This document shows, piece by piece, positions 11,001-19,985 of a stretch of DNA of 64,000 nucleotides. Made by a program: the position numbers and the translations under genes. This DNA is from Faecalimonas sp. (GTDB lineage: Bacteria; Bacillota; Clostridia; Lachnospirales; Lachnospiraceae), in the NCBI GenBank assembly GCA_045649885.1, contig JAZRQP010000010.1, positions 4,263-68,262 on the forward strand, read 5' to 3'. A model generated the notes under the pieces. It saw nothing but the letters and a program-made list of their open reading frames with translations, was not told where the DNA came from and ran no database searches. Each line of letters starts with the position of its first letter. Position 1 is the first letter of the stretch.

Positions 11001-11415
11001 GGCTATCCGGGGTGATATCGTACTGTGTGAACTCGGATATAATGGATTTGATTTCACTGATATATCCGATCTTTTTCAAATTGCTGCCAAGAAGCTTTAA
11101 CTGCTCCTCTTTATCCCCCGCAATCTTTCGAATGACAAAGTTTTTCCCCACATCATCCAGCACAATCCGCCTGTTATTACCAACCTCTTCAAACACGCGG
11201 TTTGCCAAGCGATTGAAGCTTAGCACTTCCACATTCAGAGTTCCCTTATTGGGACTTGCCAAACACAAATCCTTCTGTGTTTGCATGGTAAACTGCTCCG
11301 GCACAAGAACAATGTAATTTTTGTCCGGATTTTTCAATGATTCAGTTGTCACCCATTGATACAAATAATGGGACTTTCCTGCACCGGAAGGTCCCATAAT
11401 AAATTGCAAACTCAT
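8011..11415 (-). CDS. addB: ATP-dependent helicase/nuclease subunit B
   Basis: GPSGAGKS, VPEQFT, LDGFTGFTPVQ, SVTRLEKFSAC, GKIDRID...VDYKTG, CKYCPYQAIC Fe-S cysteines; overlaps addA. Confidence 0.97.
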   Translation of the reverse strand: MSLQFIMGPSGAGKSHYLYQWVTTESLKNPDKNYIVLVPEQFTMQTQKDLCLASPNKGTLNVEVLSFNRLANRVFEEVGNNRRIVLDDVGKNFVIRKIAGDKEEQLKLLGSNLKKIGYISEIKSIISEFTQYDITPDSLEELLQKAESNPNMYYKLRDIQLVYEGFVEYLKEKYITVEEILDVLASVVIKSKLLKKSIIVLDGFTGFTPVQNKLLRELLKVSEKVMVTVTMDKRENPYVYQHPYQLFALSKKMVTGLMAIAKESGTSIDEPVCMYQEPVYRFRDNEALGFLESHLFRYSKEHYEKDQDSIQIWCGKSPREEVDFVAQRIRHMVRTKQYRYNDFAIITNDLAAYSNQIEQVFAKYGLPVFMDDKRSILLNSCVEFIRSLLAMAEKNFTYESVFRYLRTGLSGMEREDIDRLENYVIAMGVKTYKKWQEPWIRRSNGMDESQLSEINRIRKEFVDSLEEVISVLKSRKKTVLDVTKALEKFFRRAELQQRVKGYQLMFEKMGELALEKEYAQVYRIVIEVLDQFVELLGDEYISIQEYCELLDAGLEQAKVGIIPPSIDQVIVGDVQRSRIKDVKVVFLVGTNDIYIPGSVQNGGLLTEYDRDKILNLGVTLAPTAKEKTYIQKFYLYLLLTKPTNQVYLTYSKTSVDGKAIRPSYLISELTNMFPNMKIGHVPSGLLDKELTMESGLDSLVIGLQNKHAGLSKEWQELYTWYKGHPEWSRKIEQIVEAAFYQKPENLLTRETAKKLYGDVLVNSVTRLEKFSACAYAHFLTYGLHLKEREEYQFQAVDLGNLCHSSLERFSKKIEQEGYGWGDIPEDRQEELIQESVDESIVDYSNSILYSSARNEYIITRLKRMLRRTIWALKKQLGKGDFKPKGYEVAFGGVRELSTSHIQLDELGKMVLRGKIDRIDTYEDEDHIYVKIVDYKTGKQVFDLGELCYGLQMQLVVYMNAAMEMSQQESKGKQIIPAGLFYYRVQDPIVEKVQDEEVLEDAFLKELRPDGIVLNSPEVIGHLDREIDQSSQVIPVSKNKNGTLAKASKVLSEEEFAIISEFANRQVRKVGKQILQGEASVSPYKLDQQSACKYCPYQAICGFDEKIDGYEYRELEKLKAEEAMEIMREEAAKWE

Positions 11416-11458
11416 TCGTTTCCTCCTAAATGTACTTATGCAAATCTATAATATTCTA

Positions 11459-12022
11459 CTATAATTTGATAATCATCGCTGGAATCGGTGGATTTGATGG
11501 ACGATTAAAGTAGGATGTTAAAATAACAAGATACTGCTTTGTATCCAGTTTCTTAAGCTCCCCTAATATTCCATCCCGTTCTTCAAATCCACTGTCGCCG
11601 CCGCTATAGATACAAAGGCTCATCATGCCGCCTTTTTTCAACAGTTTTAACCCTTCATGAATTGCTGCGATACTAGTGTCTTTATGGGTTGCTAATGCAT
11701 GATCTCCTCCCGGCAAATAACCAAAATTGAAAACAATGCAACTCACATTTTCCGCTTCAACGTATTGCCCCATATTGGTATGACTGTCCTTTATCACTTC
11801 AACTCGGTCTGACAAAGCAAACTTTTCAAGACGATTTCTAGTATTCTCAATTGCCTGCTCCTGAATATCAAAGGCAAATACCTTTCCAGTTTCTCCTACA
11901 AGTTCACATAAAAGCTGTGTATCGTTTCCATTTCCTGCAGTTGCATCAATACATATATCTCCCTGTTTTACATGCTCACGGATAAAATGATGACACCACT
12001 CCGTAATCTGATAATTTTTCAT
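11459..12022 (-). CDS. Class I SAM-dependent methyltransferase (YtqB/MnmM-like)
   Basis: IDATAGNGNDT, FAFDIQEQAI, FNFGYLPGGD. Confidence 0.85.
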   Translation of the reverse strand: MKNYQITEWCHHFIREHVKQGDICIDATAGNGNDTQLLCELVGETGKVFAFDIQEQAIENTRNRLEKFALSDRVEVIKDSHTNMGQYVEAENVSCIVFNFGYLPGGDHALATHKDTSIAAIHEGLKLLKKGGMMSLCIYSGGDSGFEERDGILGELKKLDTKQYLVILTSYFNRPSNPPIPAMIIKL

Positions 12023-12028
12023 AAGAAT

Positions 12029-13276
12029 CTATTTCACTTTCTCATAAATTTCCACCGGGACATAGCCCTTTGCGAAAATGCCTTCACCACGGTATTCCTC
12101 TTCCAAAAGTTCTCCGTACTTACGAATCATTTGAATCTTGCCTGCTTCTGCATAGGAATATACCTTCTCAATATACACCTTCTGCCCACGAAGTACTTCC
12201 TCAATGGTTTCTTGAAGCTTATCCAGACCATCTCCATGCTTTGCTGAGATACGTACAATATGGTCTGCACGGAAATCACGCAAAATGCTCTCGCCTTCTA
12301 CTTTATCCTGCTTATTAAATGCCGTGATAATCGGCTTATTCTTTACTTCCAAATTGGTCAAGGTCTCATAGACAATATACATCTGCTCATCCACCTGAGG
12401 ATTGGACGCATCTACAACATGCAAGATGATGTCTGCATATTTGGCCTCTTCTAACGTACTGCGGAATGCCTCAATCAAATGATGTGGTAATTTCCGAATA
12501 AATCCAACTGTATCGGTAAGTAATACTTCCTGTTTGCTTGGAAGTTTTAAATTTCTCGTTGTCGGGTCTAAGGTTGCAAACAGCTTGTCCTCTTCCAATA
12601 CACCTGCTCCTGTGAGCTTGTTTAACAACGTAGATTTACCCGCATTGGTATAACCGACTATAGCAACTACCGGAACTTTATTTCTGCTGCGCTGTTCCCT
12701 TGTTACCTCCCGATGACGTTTCACGTCCTTCAGTTCACGATTAAGCTGTGCAATGCGGTCACGAATCAATCTTCGATCCATCTCCAGCTTCTTTTCACCT
12801 GGTCCTCTGGTACCAATACCACCGCCCAGTCTAGACAGTGATTTTCCAAGCCCTGTCAGTCTGGATTGACGATATTTCAATTGGGCCAATTCTACCTGAA
12901 TCTTTCCTTCATTGGTGGATGCTCGCCCTGCAAAAATATCCAGGATGATTAACGTACGGTCCATAACCTTGGTATCCAACACATCCTCCATATTGCCTAA
13001 CTGAATCGTGGAAAGCTCATCATCACAAATAATACCGGTAGCTTCAGTTTCCCAGATTAATTCCTTAATTTCATCTAATTTTCCTTTTCCAACATAAGTT
13101 CCCGGATGAATCTGGTCCAGATTCTGAATCACACGTCCTACGGTAACTGCCCCCGCTGTCTGCGCCAATTCTTCTAATTCATCCAAAGATTTCTCCGTAT
13201 CATCATGGTCACTGGTGCTTACACCGACTAATATAACACGTTCGATGTCCTGTTTTAGGTCTATCATTTCTGCCAT
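12029..13276 (-). CDS. hflX: Ribosome-splitting GTPase HflX
   Basis: GIGTRGPGEKKLE, VGYTNAGKST, LFATLDPT, DTVGFI, NKQD. Confidence 0.97.
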   Translation of the reverse strand: MAEMIDLKQDIERVILVGVSTSDHDDTEKSLDELEELAQTAGAVTVGRVIQNLDQIHPGTYVGKGKLDEIKELIWETEATGIICDDELSTIQLGNMEDVLDTKVMDRTLIILDIFAGRASTNEGKIQVELAQLKYRQSRLTGLGKSLSRLGGGIGTRGPGEKKLEMDRRLIRDRIAQLNRELKDVKRHREVTREQRSRNKVPVVAIVGYTNAGKSTLLNKLTGAGVLEEDKLFATLDPTTRNLKLPSKQEVLLTDTVGFIRKLPHHLIEAFRSTLEEAKYADIILHVVDASNPQVDEQMYIVYETLTNLEVKNKPIITAFNKQDKVEGESILRDFRADHIVRISAKHGDGLDKLQETIEEVLRGQKVYIEKVYSYAEAGKIQMIRKYGELLEEEYRGEGIFAKGYVPVEIYEKVK

Positions 13277-13297
13277 ACTAATTTTACCGCCTTGTTT

Positions 13298-13816
13298 TTA
13301 TCTTGTTTCCAAAAAATCTGCTTCCTTTTCGATGCGCTCATCATCCGGGTAAGCCTTCTTATATTCTTTCATCTGTTTCTTAGCCGCATCCCAATCTGCC
13401 ATTTTTTCATAAACTGCGATTAAGTTGTATTGTACCTCTTGTTTGATATCATCTGTGATATCCTCCATAGATAGTGCTTTCGTATAGACATCGAGAGCCT
13501 TCTCGTATTCTTCTATTTCCATATAGCAGGCACCCATAATACTGAATATCGTTGCAGTCTCTTCCGTCTCGTTCTCCAGTGCCAATTCAAATGCTTCCAA
13601 AGCCTTTTCATACTCTTCTAATTCAAAACAGGAAATACCAAGACCTCGATATGCTTCATCCAGATTCTTTTCTCTTTCAATCTCTTGTTCAAAGAACGCC
13701 TTCGCCTTCTCATAATTCCCTGCTTCCAATGAAGCTACACCATCTTTTACATTGTTTGCACAACCGCTCAAAATAAACATCCCTGCCAGGACACCTGCTA
13801 TGATCCATTTCTTCAT
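13298..13816 (-). CDS. TPR-repeat lipoprotein
   Basis: Lipobox LSGC; TPR-like repeats (EAYRGLGISCFELEEYEKALEAFELAL). Confidence 0.8.
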   Translation of the reverse strand: MKKWIIAGVLAGMFILSGCANNVKDGVASLEAGNYEKAKAFFEQEIEREKNLDEAYRGLGISCFELEEYEKALEAFELALENETEETATIFSIMGACYMEIEEYEKALDVYTKALSMEDITDDIKQEVQYNLIAVYEKMADWDAAKKQMKEYKKAYPDDERIEKEADFLETR

Positions 13817-13829
13817 CTATAAAACCCTC

Positions 13830-14165
13830 TTATTCCGTAATATGTTCCATTCCTTGATTAATAATACTCTGTATATGTGCATCCGCAAGCGAATAGTAAA
13901 TGGTTTTACCTTCCCTGCGATTCTTTACTAATTTCATCTGCTTCAAAATGCGAAGTTGATGCGACACGGCAGACTGTGTCATTCCTATAGCCTCCGCCAG
14001 TCCACACACACATGATTCTGACTGAAAAAGAGCACACAAAAGCTTTACTCTTGTGGCATCTCCAAATACTTTAAATAATTCCGCTAAGCCTTGCATAATT
14101 TCTTCACTTGGCATACCATTTTCAATCTGATGTACCAGATTTTCATGTACATGTGTACCCATCAT
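13830..14165 (-). CDS. ArsR/SmtB (CadC/CzrA-like) metal-sensing repressor; start reassigned to MMGTHVHE
   Basis: LAELFKVFGDATRVKLL...CVCGLA...SAVSHQLRILKQ; AGGA RBS precedes ATG at 14165; ORF-track N-terminus spans a hairpin. Confidence 0.9.
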   Translation of the reverse strand: MMGTHVHENLVHQIENGMPSEEIMQGLAELFKVFGDATRVKLLCALFQSESCVCGLAEAIGMTQSAVSHQLRILKQMKLVKNRREGKTIYYSLADAHIQSIINQGMEHITE

Positions 14166-14289
14166 AGCTACTTCCTTTCTTCCTTGCATGCACTTCTGCG
14201 CATCATAGGGCCTTTGCATGAAATTAATTCCGTACAAAACGACACCGTCCATACTTGATATTATGAACGATGTCGCCTGTTTGGTCAAC

Positions 14290-16278
14290 TTATTTTCGTC
14301 TTAGAATTCGAATTGCATTCAGTACACATAGCATTGCAACTCCGGTGTCTGCAAACACTGCCATCCACATATTTGCAAGCCCCAAAAATCCCATAATTAC
14401 AACAAGAGCCTTCACCCCAAGAGCGAACACAATATTCTGCATGGCAATACGATTGGTTATTTTCGCAATCTCCAAAGCTTCCGGAATTGCCTGCATAGAT
14501 GATGTCATAAATACAACATCAGCCGCTTCAATGGCTGCATCTGCACCGCTTCCCATTGCCGCACCAACATCTGCTCCCGCTAGCACCGGTGCATCGTTAA
14601 TACCATCCCCAACAAACATCACTACTCCATATTTATTACGTAGTTCTTTCAGATAGTTCAGTTTATCTTCCGGAAATAATTTCGCATGAACTTCTTCAAT
14701 GCCTGTTTCTTTTGCGACCTTCTCTGCGCTTATCCATGTATCTCCCGTCAACATAACCGTCTTAATTCCACGTTTCTTTAGGTTTTCAATGGCTGATTTG
14801 GAATCTCCTTTTAATGCATCCGCAATCATAATATAACCAACCAGTTCACTATTACATGCAACAAAAACTTCTGTACCACAGTTGTCTGTTTCTTTTTGCG
14901 TAATTTCTACTCCATAGCTTTCTAACAAAGCTTTGTTTCCACATAAGATTTCGCCTCTGTCAGTGAGCGCACGAATCCCTTTTCCTGTAATTTCCTCCAC
15001 AGACTCCGGTTGTTGTAAATAAAGTCCTTCTTCCTTCGCTTTTCTGACAATACTGTTTGCAATCGGGTGTGTGGACTGCAATTCACACTCCGCAGCCATG
15101 CAAAGAACTTCCTTTTCGGTGAAACGTTCTGTTGCTACACATGTTTGAACCTCAAACGCACCTCTCGTAACGGTTCCTGTTTTATCCATTACAACTGCCT
15201 TTACGCGCTGCAATATTTCGATTGCCAAACCGCCTTTAAAAAGTATATTCTTTCTTGAACCTACACCTATTCCCGAAAAAAATGCCAGTGGTACACTTAA
15301 AACAAGAGCACATGGACAACTAATAACCAGAAATGTAATTGCGGTATATATCCATTTGCTCCACTCACCGGTAAAAAGAGAAGGCAAAATGGCTGTCGCC
15401 ACTGCAGCAAGTACCACGATTGGTGTATACACTTTTGCAAATCTGGTAATAAAACGGTCCACCTTTGGTTTACTGTCTGCTGCATGCTCCACCGATTGTA
15501 AAATACGTGTAACCATAGAATGCTCCAAGGTGTGTGTGACACGAATCTTTAAAAGCCCAGAAGTATTCAAACAGCCCGATACAACCGCATCACCTTTCTG
15601 TACCTTCACAGGAACCGGCTCTCCCGTTACAGGGGCTGTATCAATTCTGCTCTCTCCCTCCACAACAACTGCATCTAAAGGAATTCTGTCCCCTGCTCTG
15701 ACAAGAAGGATATCACCTACCTTGGCTTTCTTTGCCGGAATTATAGACTCGCCGTGCTCATGTACAAGCTGCACGGTTTCCGGACGCATATCAACTGCCT
15801 CCATAATCTGTTTTCTACTTTTCTTGACTGCAATATCCTCAAATAATTCACCAACTCGGAAAAAGAGCATGACGCCAACTGCCTCTGCAAAATCTCCGAT
15901 TGCAAAGGCTGCAATTGTGGCAATACTCATCAGAAAGTTTTCATCCAAAAAATGACCTTTTACGACATTTTTTACTGCTGATTTCAAGATTCTTCCACCA
16001 AGCAAAAAATATGCAATAACAGATAGGATGATAGATGGCACTCTTGCCATATCCTGCGTAAAAATTGCTCCAATAAAAAGAAGGGCTGAAATTACAATAA
16101 GTAAAATCTCCTTTTTCTGCTCTGTATCACTATGTACATGATGATGGTCATGACCGCATCCACAGCTTACATATTCCTTATGCTCATGATTGTGGTGCCC
16201 GCACGCACACGCTTCATGATTGTGGTGTTCACATGCACATGCTTCATGTTTATGGTATTCATGTTTATGTTCTGACAT
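14290..16278 (-). CDS. Heavy-metal (Zn/Cd/Co) P1B-type ATPase with His/Cys-rich N-terminus
   Basis: CPCALVLS, DKTGTVT, TGEPVP, HPIA, GDGINDAP motifs. Confidence 0.95.
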   Translation of the reverse strand: MSEHKHEYHKHEACACEHHNHEACACGHHNHEHKEYVSCGCGHDHHHVHSDTEQKKEILLIVISALLFIGAIFTQDMARVPSIILSVIAYFLLGGRILKSAVKNVVKGHFLDENFLMSIATIAAFAIGDFAEAVGVMLFFRVGELFEDIAVKKSRKQIMEAVDMRPETVQLVHEHGESIIPAKKAKVGDILLVRAGDRIPLDAVVVEGESRIDTAPVTGEPVPVKVQKGDAVVSGCLNTSGLLKIRVTHTLEHSMVTRILQSVEHAADSKPKVDRFITRFAKVYTPIVVLAAVATAILPSLFTGEWSKWIYTAITFLVISCPCALVLSVPLAFFSGIGVGSRKNILFKGGLAIEILQRVKAVVMDKTGTVTRGAFEVQTCVATERFTEKEVLCMAAECELQSTHPIANSIVRKAKEEGLYLQQPESVEEITGKGIRALTDRGEILCGNKALLESYGVEITQKETDNCGTEVFVACNSELVGYIMIADALKGDSKSAIENLKKRGIKTVMLTGDTWISAEKVAKETGIEEVHAKLFPEDKLNYLKELRNKYGVVMFVGDGINDAPVLAGADVGAAMGSGADAAIEAADVVFMTSSMQAIPEALEIAKITNRIAMQNIVFALGVKALVVIMGFLGLANMWMAVFADTGVAMLCVLNAIRILRRK

Positions 16279-16293
16279 ATTGTACTCTCCTTT

Positions 16294-16317
16294 ATATATG
16301 AATAACTGTTCATATAT
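16294..16317 (-). promoter_or_regulatory. Probable ArsR/SmtB operator upstream of the ATPase
   Basis: Perfect IR ATATATGAA-TAACTG-TTCATATAT between the RBS and a TTGACA -35 (16343-16348). Confidence 0.75.
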
Positions 16318-16383
16318 TCATATAACCACATTTCAAGATATATGTCAACAAAAAAGCAAGTGCTATTGCAATCGCAACAGCAC

Positions 16384-16926
16384 TTATAGTTTCAAATATT
16401 CATCTTCAAAATGTCTTTGTATCCATTTCTTCGCTCGATATAGTTTGCTATATAAAACGTCTCTGGACATTCCCAATTCTCTCGCCACTTCATCATGTGA
16501 CTTATCCATAATATAGATTAAATGTAAGATATCATACCATGATTCATTTTCTTCTCTTACCCTGTGTAGAATTTCACTTGCAAATTGTTTGCGTTCTTGG
16601 GCGCTCTCGTCCAGAATGTATTCATCCTCTGCACTGTGCAAAATTGCACTCTCTTCCGGGATATTGTCGATATAATCCCCTTGTTCATGCTTCATATCTC
16701 TCAGCCAGTTGAATGATAAATTACGGGCTGTTCGCAACAAATATGCACGAACACAATCTAAATTCACATTATCAAAATGCTGAAACAATTTATAAAAAGC
16801 CTTCTGCGTAATATCGTGCGCAGTATATTCATCATTTGTATAATACCGGCTAATCTTGAACACTTCGTTCTCATATATTCGATAAATTTCTTCAAACTTT
16901 TCCTCTTTTGTTGTACCCTTTTGCAT
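16384..16926 (-). CDS. ECF-type sigma-70 factor; start reassigned to MQKGTT
   Basis: Region 2 (AHDITQKAFYKL...YLLRTARNLSFNWLR) and region 4 (HDEVARELGMSRDVLYSKLYRAKK); GAGGG RBS before ATG 16926. Confidence 0.85.
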   Translation of the reverse strand: MQKGTTKEEKFEEIYRIYENEVFKISRYYTNDEYTAHDITQKAFYKLFQHFDNVNLDCVRAYLLRTARNLSFNWLRDMKHEQGDYIDNIPEESAILHSAEDEYILDESAQERKQFASEILHRVREENESWYDILHLIYIMDKSHDEVARELGMSRDVLYSKLYRAKKWIQRHFEDEYLKL

Positions 16927-16963
16927 ACCAATTCCCTCTAAGCCTAATATTCTTATGCCATTA

Positions 16964-17073
16964 TAGCATGTGCCTGGCACATGCTACGCTCCGCACGGAT
17001 GCGCACTCCACTTCGCTGCGGCGCTGGTATAATGTAAACATTATACCATATGATTGGCAAAATATGGTATAAT
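16964..17073. repeat. Cluster of three perfect inverted repeats around a GC-rich core, with three TGGTATAAT extended -10 boxes
   Basis: TAGCATGTGCC-T-GGCACATGCTA (16964-16986); TGGTATAATGT-AA-ACATTATACCA (17025-17048); ATTATACCATAT-N10-ATATGGTATAAT (17040-17073). Confidence 0.8.
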
Positions 17074-17186
17074 TTTATTGATAAGACTGTTTCTTTATTT
17101 TCAGCGTGTCGATAAAAGTCGAATTTTTTTTATTGTTTTCCTGTTTCTTACAATTTACCATGTTATTATATTGGGAGAGAAATGCT

Positions 17187-17633
17187 ATGGAGTACAGAAC
17201 AATTACAAAAAGCGTCTTGCACCAACTTGGAATTGGAAAAACTTACAGCGGATACGATTACATTCTTCGTTCCATTGAACTAATTTTGCAAAATGAAGAT
17301 GTCCTGACAAATGTCACAAAAATTCTATATATTGATATAGCAAAGGAGTATCAGACTTCACAAACTTGTGTAGAAAGAAACATCCGTAAAGTAATTGAAG
17401 TCATCTGGAAGCATGCCGATGAAAACAGCATTCAGCTTCAAAAAATCTTTGGTAAAAAATTCCTATCACTAAAACCTTCCAACAAGGAATTTTTAGAACT
17501 GCTATATGAATATATTAAATTACAGGACACTTTGCAAAAAGCCCTTATCTCCAATCCGTTTATTTGTCCAATTTCCAACAAAGCTTGTTGCGCCTTCGAT
17601 GAAATTCTAAAAAAATTTATACAGCTTTATTAA
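17187..17633 (+). CDS. Stand-alone Spo0A C-terminal (DNA-binding) domain protein; start reassigned to MEYRT
   Basis: LHQLGIGKTYSGYDYI...TKILYIDIAKEYQTSQTCVERNIRKVIEVIW is the Spo0A_C pattern; no receiver domain. Confidence 0.85.
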   Translation: MEYRTITKSVLHQLGIGKTYSGYDYILRSIELILQNEDVLTNVTKILYIDIAKEYQTSQTCVERNIRKVIEVIWKHADENSIQLQKIFGKKFLSLKPSNKEFLELLYEYIKLQDTLQKALISNPFICPISNKACCAFDEILKKFIQLY

Positions 17634-17759
17634 TTTTTCAATCATCTTATGTCTTATCTATATTTGCCCCAAAAAATTTTATTACATGCACATTATATAC
17701 TTATGACACACTACCCCCGAATCTCTGACGAAAATTGCGTAAAATCATGAGAAATCCTG

Positions 17760-18440
17760 CTATTTTGGGAAGTCCTCAATCTGCCAGTCAATCGGCTCTA
17801 GCCCATGACTTTCCAAAAATTGATTGGTCTGACTAAATGGGCGACTTCCAAAAAATCCACGGTAAGACGATAATGGACTTGGATGTGGTGCCTCTAATAT
17901 CAGATGCTTTGGATTGTTAAGCATAGACTTCTTTAACTGGGCCGGCCTTCCCCACAAAATAAATACAATTGGTCTGTCCTGCGCATTCAACACACGAATC
18001 GCAGCATCCGTAAATTCTTCCCATCCGATTCCTCGGTGTGAATTTGCCTGGTGAGCGCGCACGGTTAGTACCGTATTCAAAAGCAGTACGCCTTGTTTTG
18101 CCCATTTTTCCAAATATCCATGACTTGGAATCGTGCATCCCAAATCGTCGTGTAATTCCTTATAAATATTCACAAGTGAAGGCGGAATCTCTACTTCCGG
18201 CTTCACAGAAAAACAAAGTCCATGTGCCTGTCTCTCACCATGGTACGGGTCTTGTCCAAAGATAACCACCTTCACATCCTTCAGAGGTGTTAAATGAAAT
18301 GCATTAAACACATCATCTGCAGGTGGGAAAATCTGATGAGTGCGATACTCCAGATTCACCGTATCAAACAATTTCTTATAATAATCTTTCTTAAATTCAT
18401 CTTTTAAAGCTTCAAGCCAATCTCCATTAATCGCTGGCAT
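17760..18440 (-). CDS. ung: Uracil-DNA glycosylase
   Basis: GQDPYH, GVLLLNTVLTV, HPSPLS. Confidence 0.97.
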   Translation of the reverse strand: MPAINGDWLEALKDEFKKDYYKKLFDTVNLEYRTHQIFPPADDVFNAFHLTPLKDVKVVIFGQDPYHGERQAHGLCFSVKPEVEIPPSLVNIYKELHDDLGCTIPSHGYLEKWAKQGVLLLNTVLTVRAHQANSHRGIGWEEFTDAAIRVLNAQDRPIVFILWGRPAQLKKSMLNNPKHLILEAPHPSPLSSYRGFFGSRPFSQTNQFLESHGLEPIDWQIEDFPK

Positions 18441-18448
18441 ATTTCCTC

Positions 18449-19210
18449 CTAGAGTCTGACAGATACTCCCTTTTCTCTTAAGTACTGTTTTACTTCTTTT
18501 ACTTCTAATTCTTTAAAATGGAATAGGGATGCTGCCAAAGCCGCATCTGCTTTTCCTTCTGTAAATGCATCATAAAAATGTTCCAGCGTTCCTGCACCAC
18601 CGGATGCAATAACCGGTATGGACACACTCTCTGAAACTTTACGAGTAAGTTCTAAATCATAACCTGCCTTTGTTCCATCGCAATCCATACTGGTAAGCAG
18701 GATTTCACCGGCACCAAGCTCTTCCACCTTTTTTGCCCATTCAATAGCATCAATGCCCATATCAACACGGCCACCATTTTTATAAATATTCCAACCGGTA
18801 CCGTCTGCGCGACGCTTTGCATCAATTGCAACAACCACACATTGGCTACCAAACTTCTCAGCCGCTTCCGAAATCAACTCCGGGCGATTAATGGCAGCTG
18901 AATTCACCGAAATTTTATCTGCACCTTCTCGAAGAAGCGCCTTAAAATCATCGACTGTACGAATCCCGCCTCCTACAGTAAATGGAATAAATACATTTTT
19001 TGCAACTTCCCTTACCATATCTACAACGGTTTCTCTGGCGTCTGAAGATGCCGTAATATCTAAAAATACAATCTCGTCTGCCCCCGCTTCATCATATGCC
19101 TTTGCAATGGCAACCGGGTCACCTGCATCCACAAGGTCCACGAAATTCACACCCTTTACCACGCGTCCCCCATGTACATCCAGACAAGGAATAATTCTTT
19201 TTGTAAACAT
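18449..19210 (-). CDS. hisF: Imidazole glycerol phosphate synthase cyclase subunit
   Basis: [36 protein letters not shown]. Confidence 0.97.
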   Translation of the reverse strand: MFTKRIIPCLDVHGGRVVKGVNFVDLVDAGDPVAIAKAYDEAGADEIVFLDITASSDARETVVDMVREVAKNVFIPFTVGGGIRTVDDFKALLREGADKISVNSAAINRPELISEAAEKFGSQCVVVAIDAKRRADGTGWNIYKNGGRVDMGIDAIEWAKKVEELGAGEILLTSMDCDGTKAGYDLELTRKVSESVSIPVIASGGAGTLEHFYDAFTEGKADAALAASLFHFKELEVKEVKQYLREKGVSVRL

Positions 19211-19221
19211 GCCTCTTCCTC

Positions 19222-19830
19222 CTAGTTAAGCTCCACAAAATTTTTCAGGATCTTAAGTCCCACATCACTGCTCTTTTCCGGATGGAATTGACATGCAAAC
19301 ACATTGTCTTTCTCCACCGAGGCATGGATATTAACACTGTAGTCTGTGGTTGCTTTTACAATCTGCTCATCCTCTGCTTTGAGATAATAAGAATGTACAA
19401 AATATACATAGGACTGCTCAGAAAGTCCCTGAAACAATCTTCCTTGATTTTGCAAATGCAAAGAATTCCATCCCATATGCGGAATTTTCAAATCATCTTT
19501 GTCCGGAATGCGAAGAATCTCACCCTTCAAGATTCCAAGACCTGCTACGCCTGGAGTCTCATCGCTGCGTTCAAACAACAATTGAAGTCCAAGACAAATC
19601 CCCAAGAATGGCGTTCCCTTCTCTACCACCTCATATATCACCTTGTCCAATCCAAACTTCTTCAGATTAGCCATGGCATCTCCAAAAGCACCTACACCTG
19701 GTAAAATCACCTTATCTGCCTGCAAAATTTCTTGTGCATCCTTTGTAATCACCACATCTGCACCTAGTTTTTGCAGTGCCTTTTCTACACTTTTTATATT
19801 TCCTGCATCATAATCTATAATTGCAATCAT
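19222..19830 (-). CDS. hisH: Imidazole glycerol phosphate synthase glutaminase subunit (5' end reconstituted by the integrated element)
   Basis: [37 protein letters not shown]. Confidence 0.97.
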   Translation of the reverse strand: MIAIIDYDAGNIKSVEKALQKLGADVVITKDAQEILQADKVILPGVGAFGDAMANLKKFGLDKVIYEVVEKGTPFLGICLGLQLLFERSDETPGVAGLGILKGEILRIPDKDDLKIPHMGWNSLHLQNQGRLFQGLSEQSYVYFVHSYYLKAEDEQIVKATTDYSVNIHASVEKDNVFACQFHPEKSSDVGLKILKNFVELN

Positions 19831-19831
19831 C
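19807..19831. repeat. att core, copy 1 (25-bp direct repeat = first 8 codons of hisH)
   Basis: ATCATAATCTATAATTGCAATCATC is identical to 35013-35037. Confidence 0.93.
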
Positions 19832-19943
19832 GTCTCAACTCCTTATAAATCAAGCATTTTTCAGATGCTTTCTTACATTTTCAACAGTTACTACTGTCAT
19901 TTCGTTGCATTTCATATCATTTTATTGCATTTCGTTACACTTC

Positions 19944-19985
19944 ATAATTAGTAAACATTTAGTATGCTAAATTTCATACTAATTA
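19944..19985. promoter_or_regulatory. Probable integrase arm-type sites near copy 1 of att
   Basis: TTAGTA at 19948 and 19959 (11-bp period) and inverted at 19977; the same ATAATTAGTAAA 12-mer occurs at 34921. Confidence 0.6.

Noticed and set aside
4471-13776. Many 60-140 aa ORFs antisense to addA, addB, hflX and the TPR gene
   Set aside because: They lie wholly within well-supported genes, lack RBSs and have no recognisable motifs; the same applies to similar shadows across the window.
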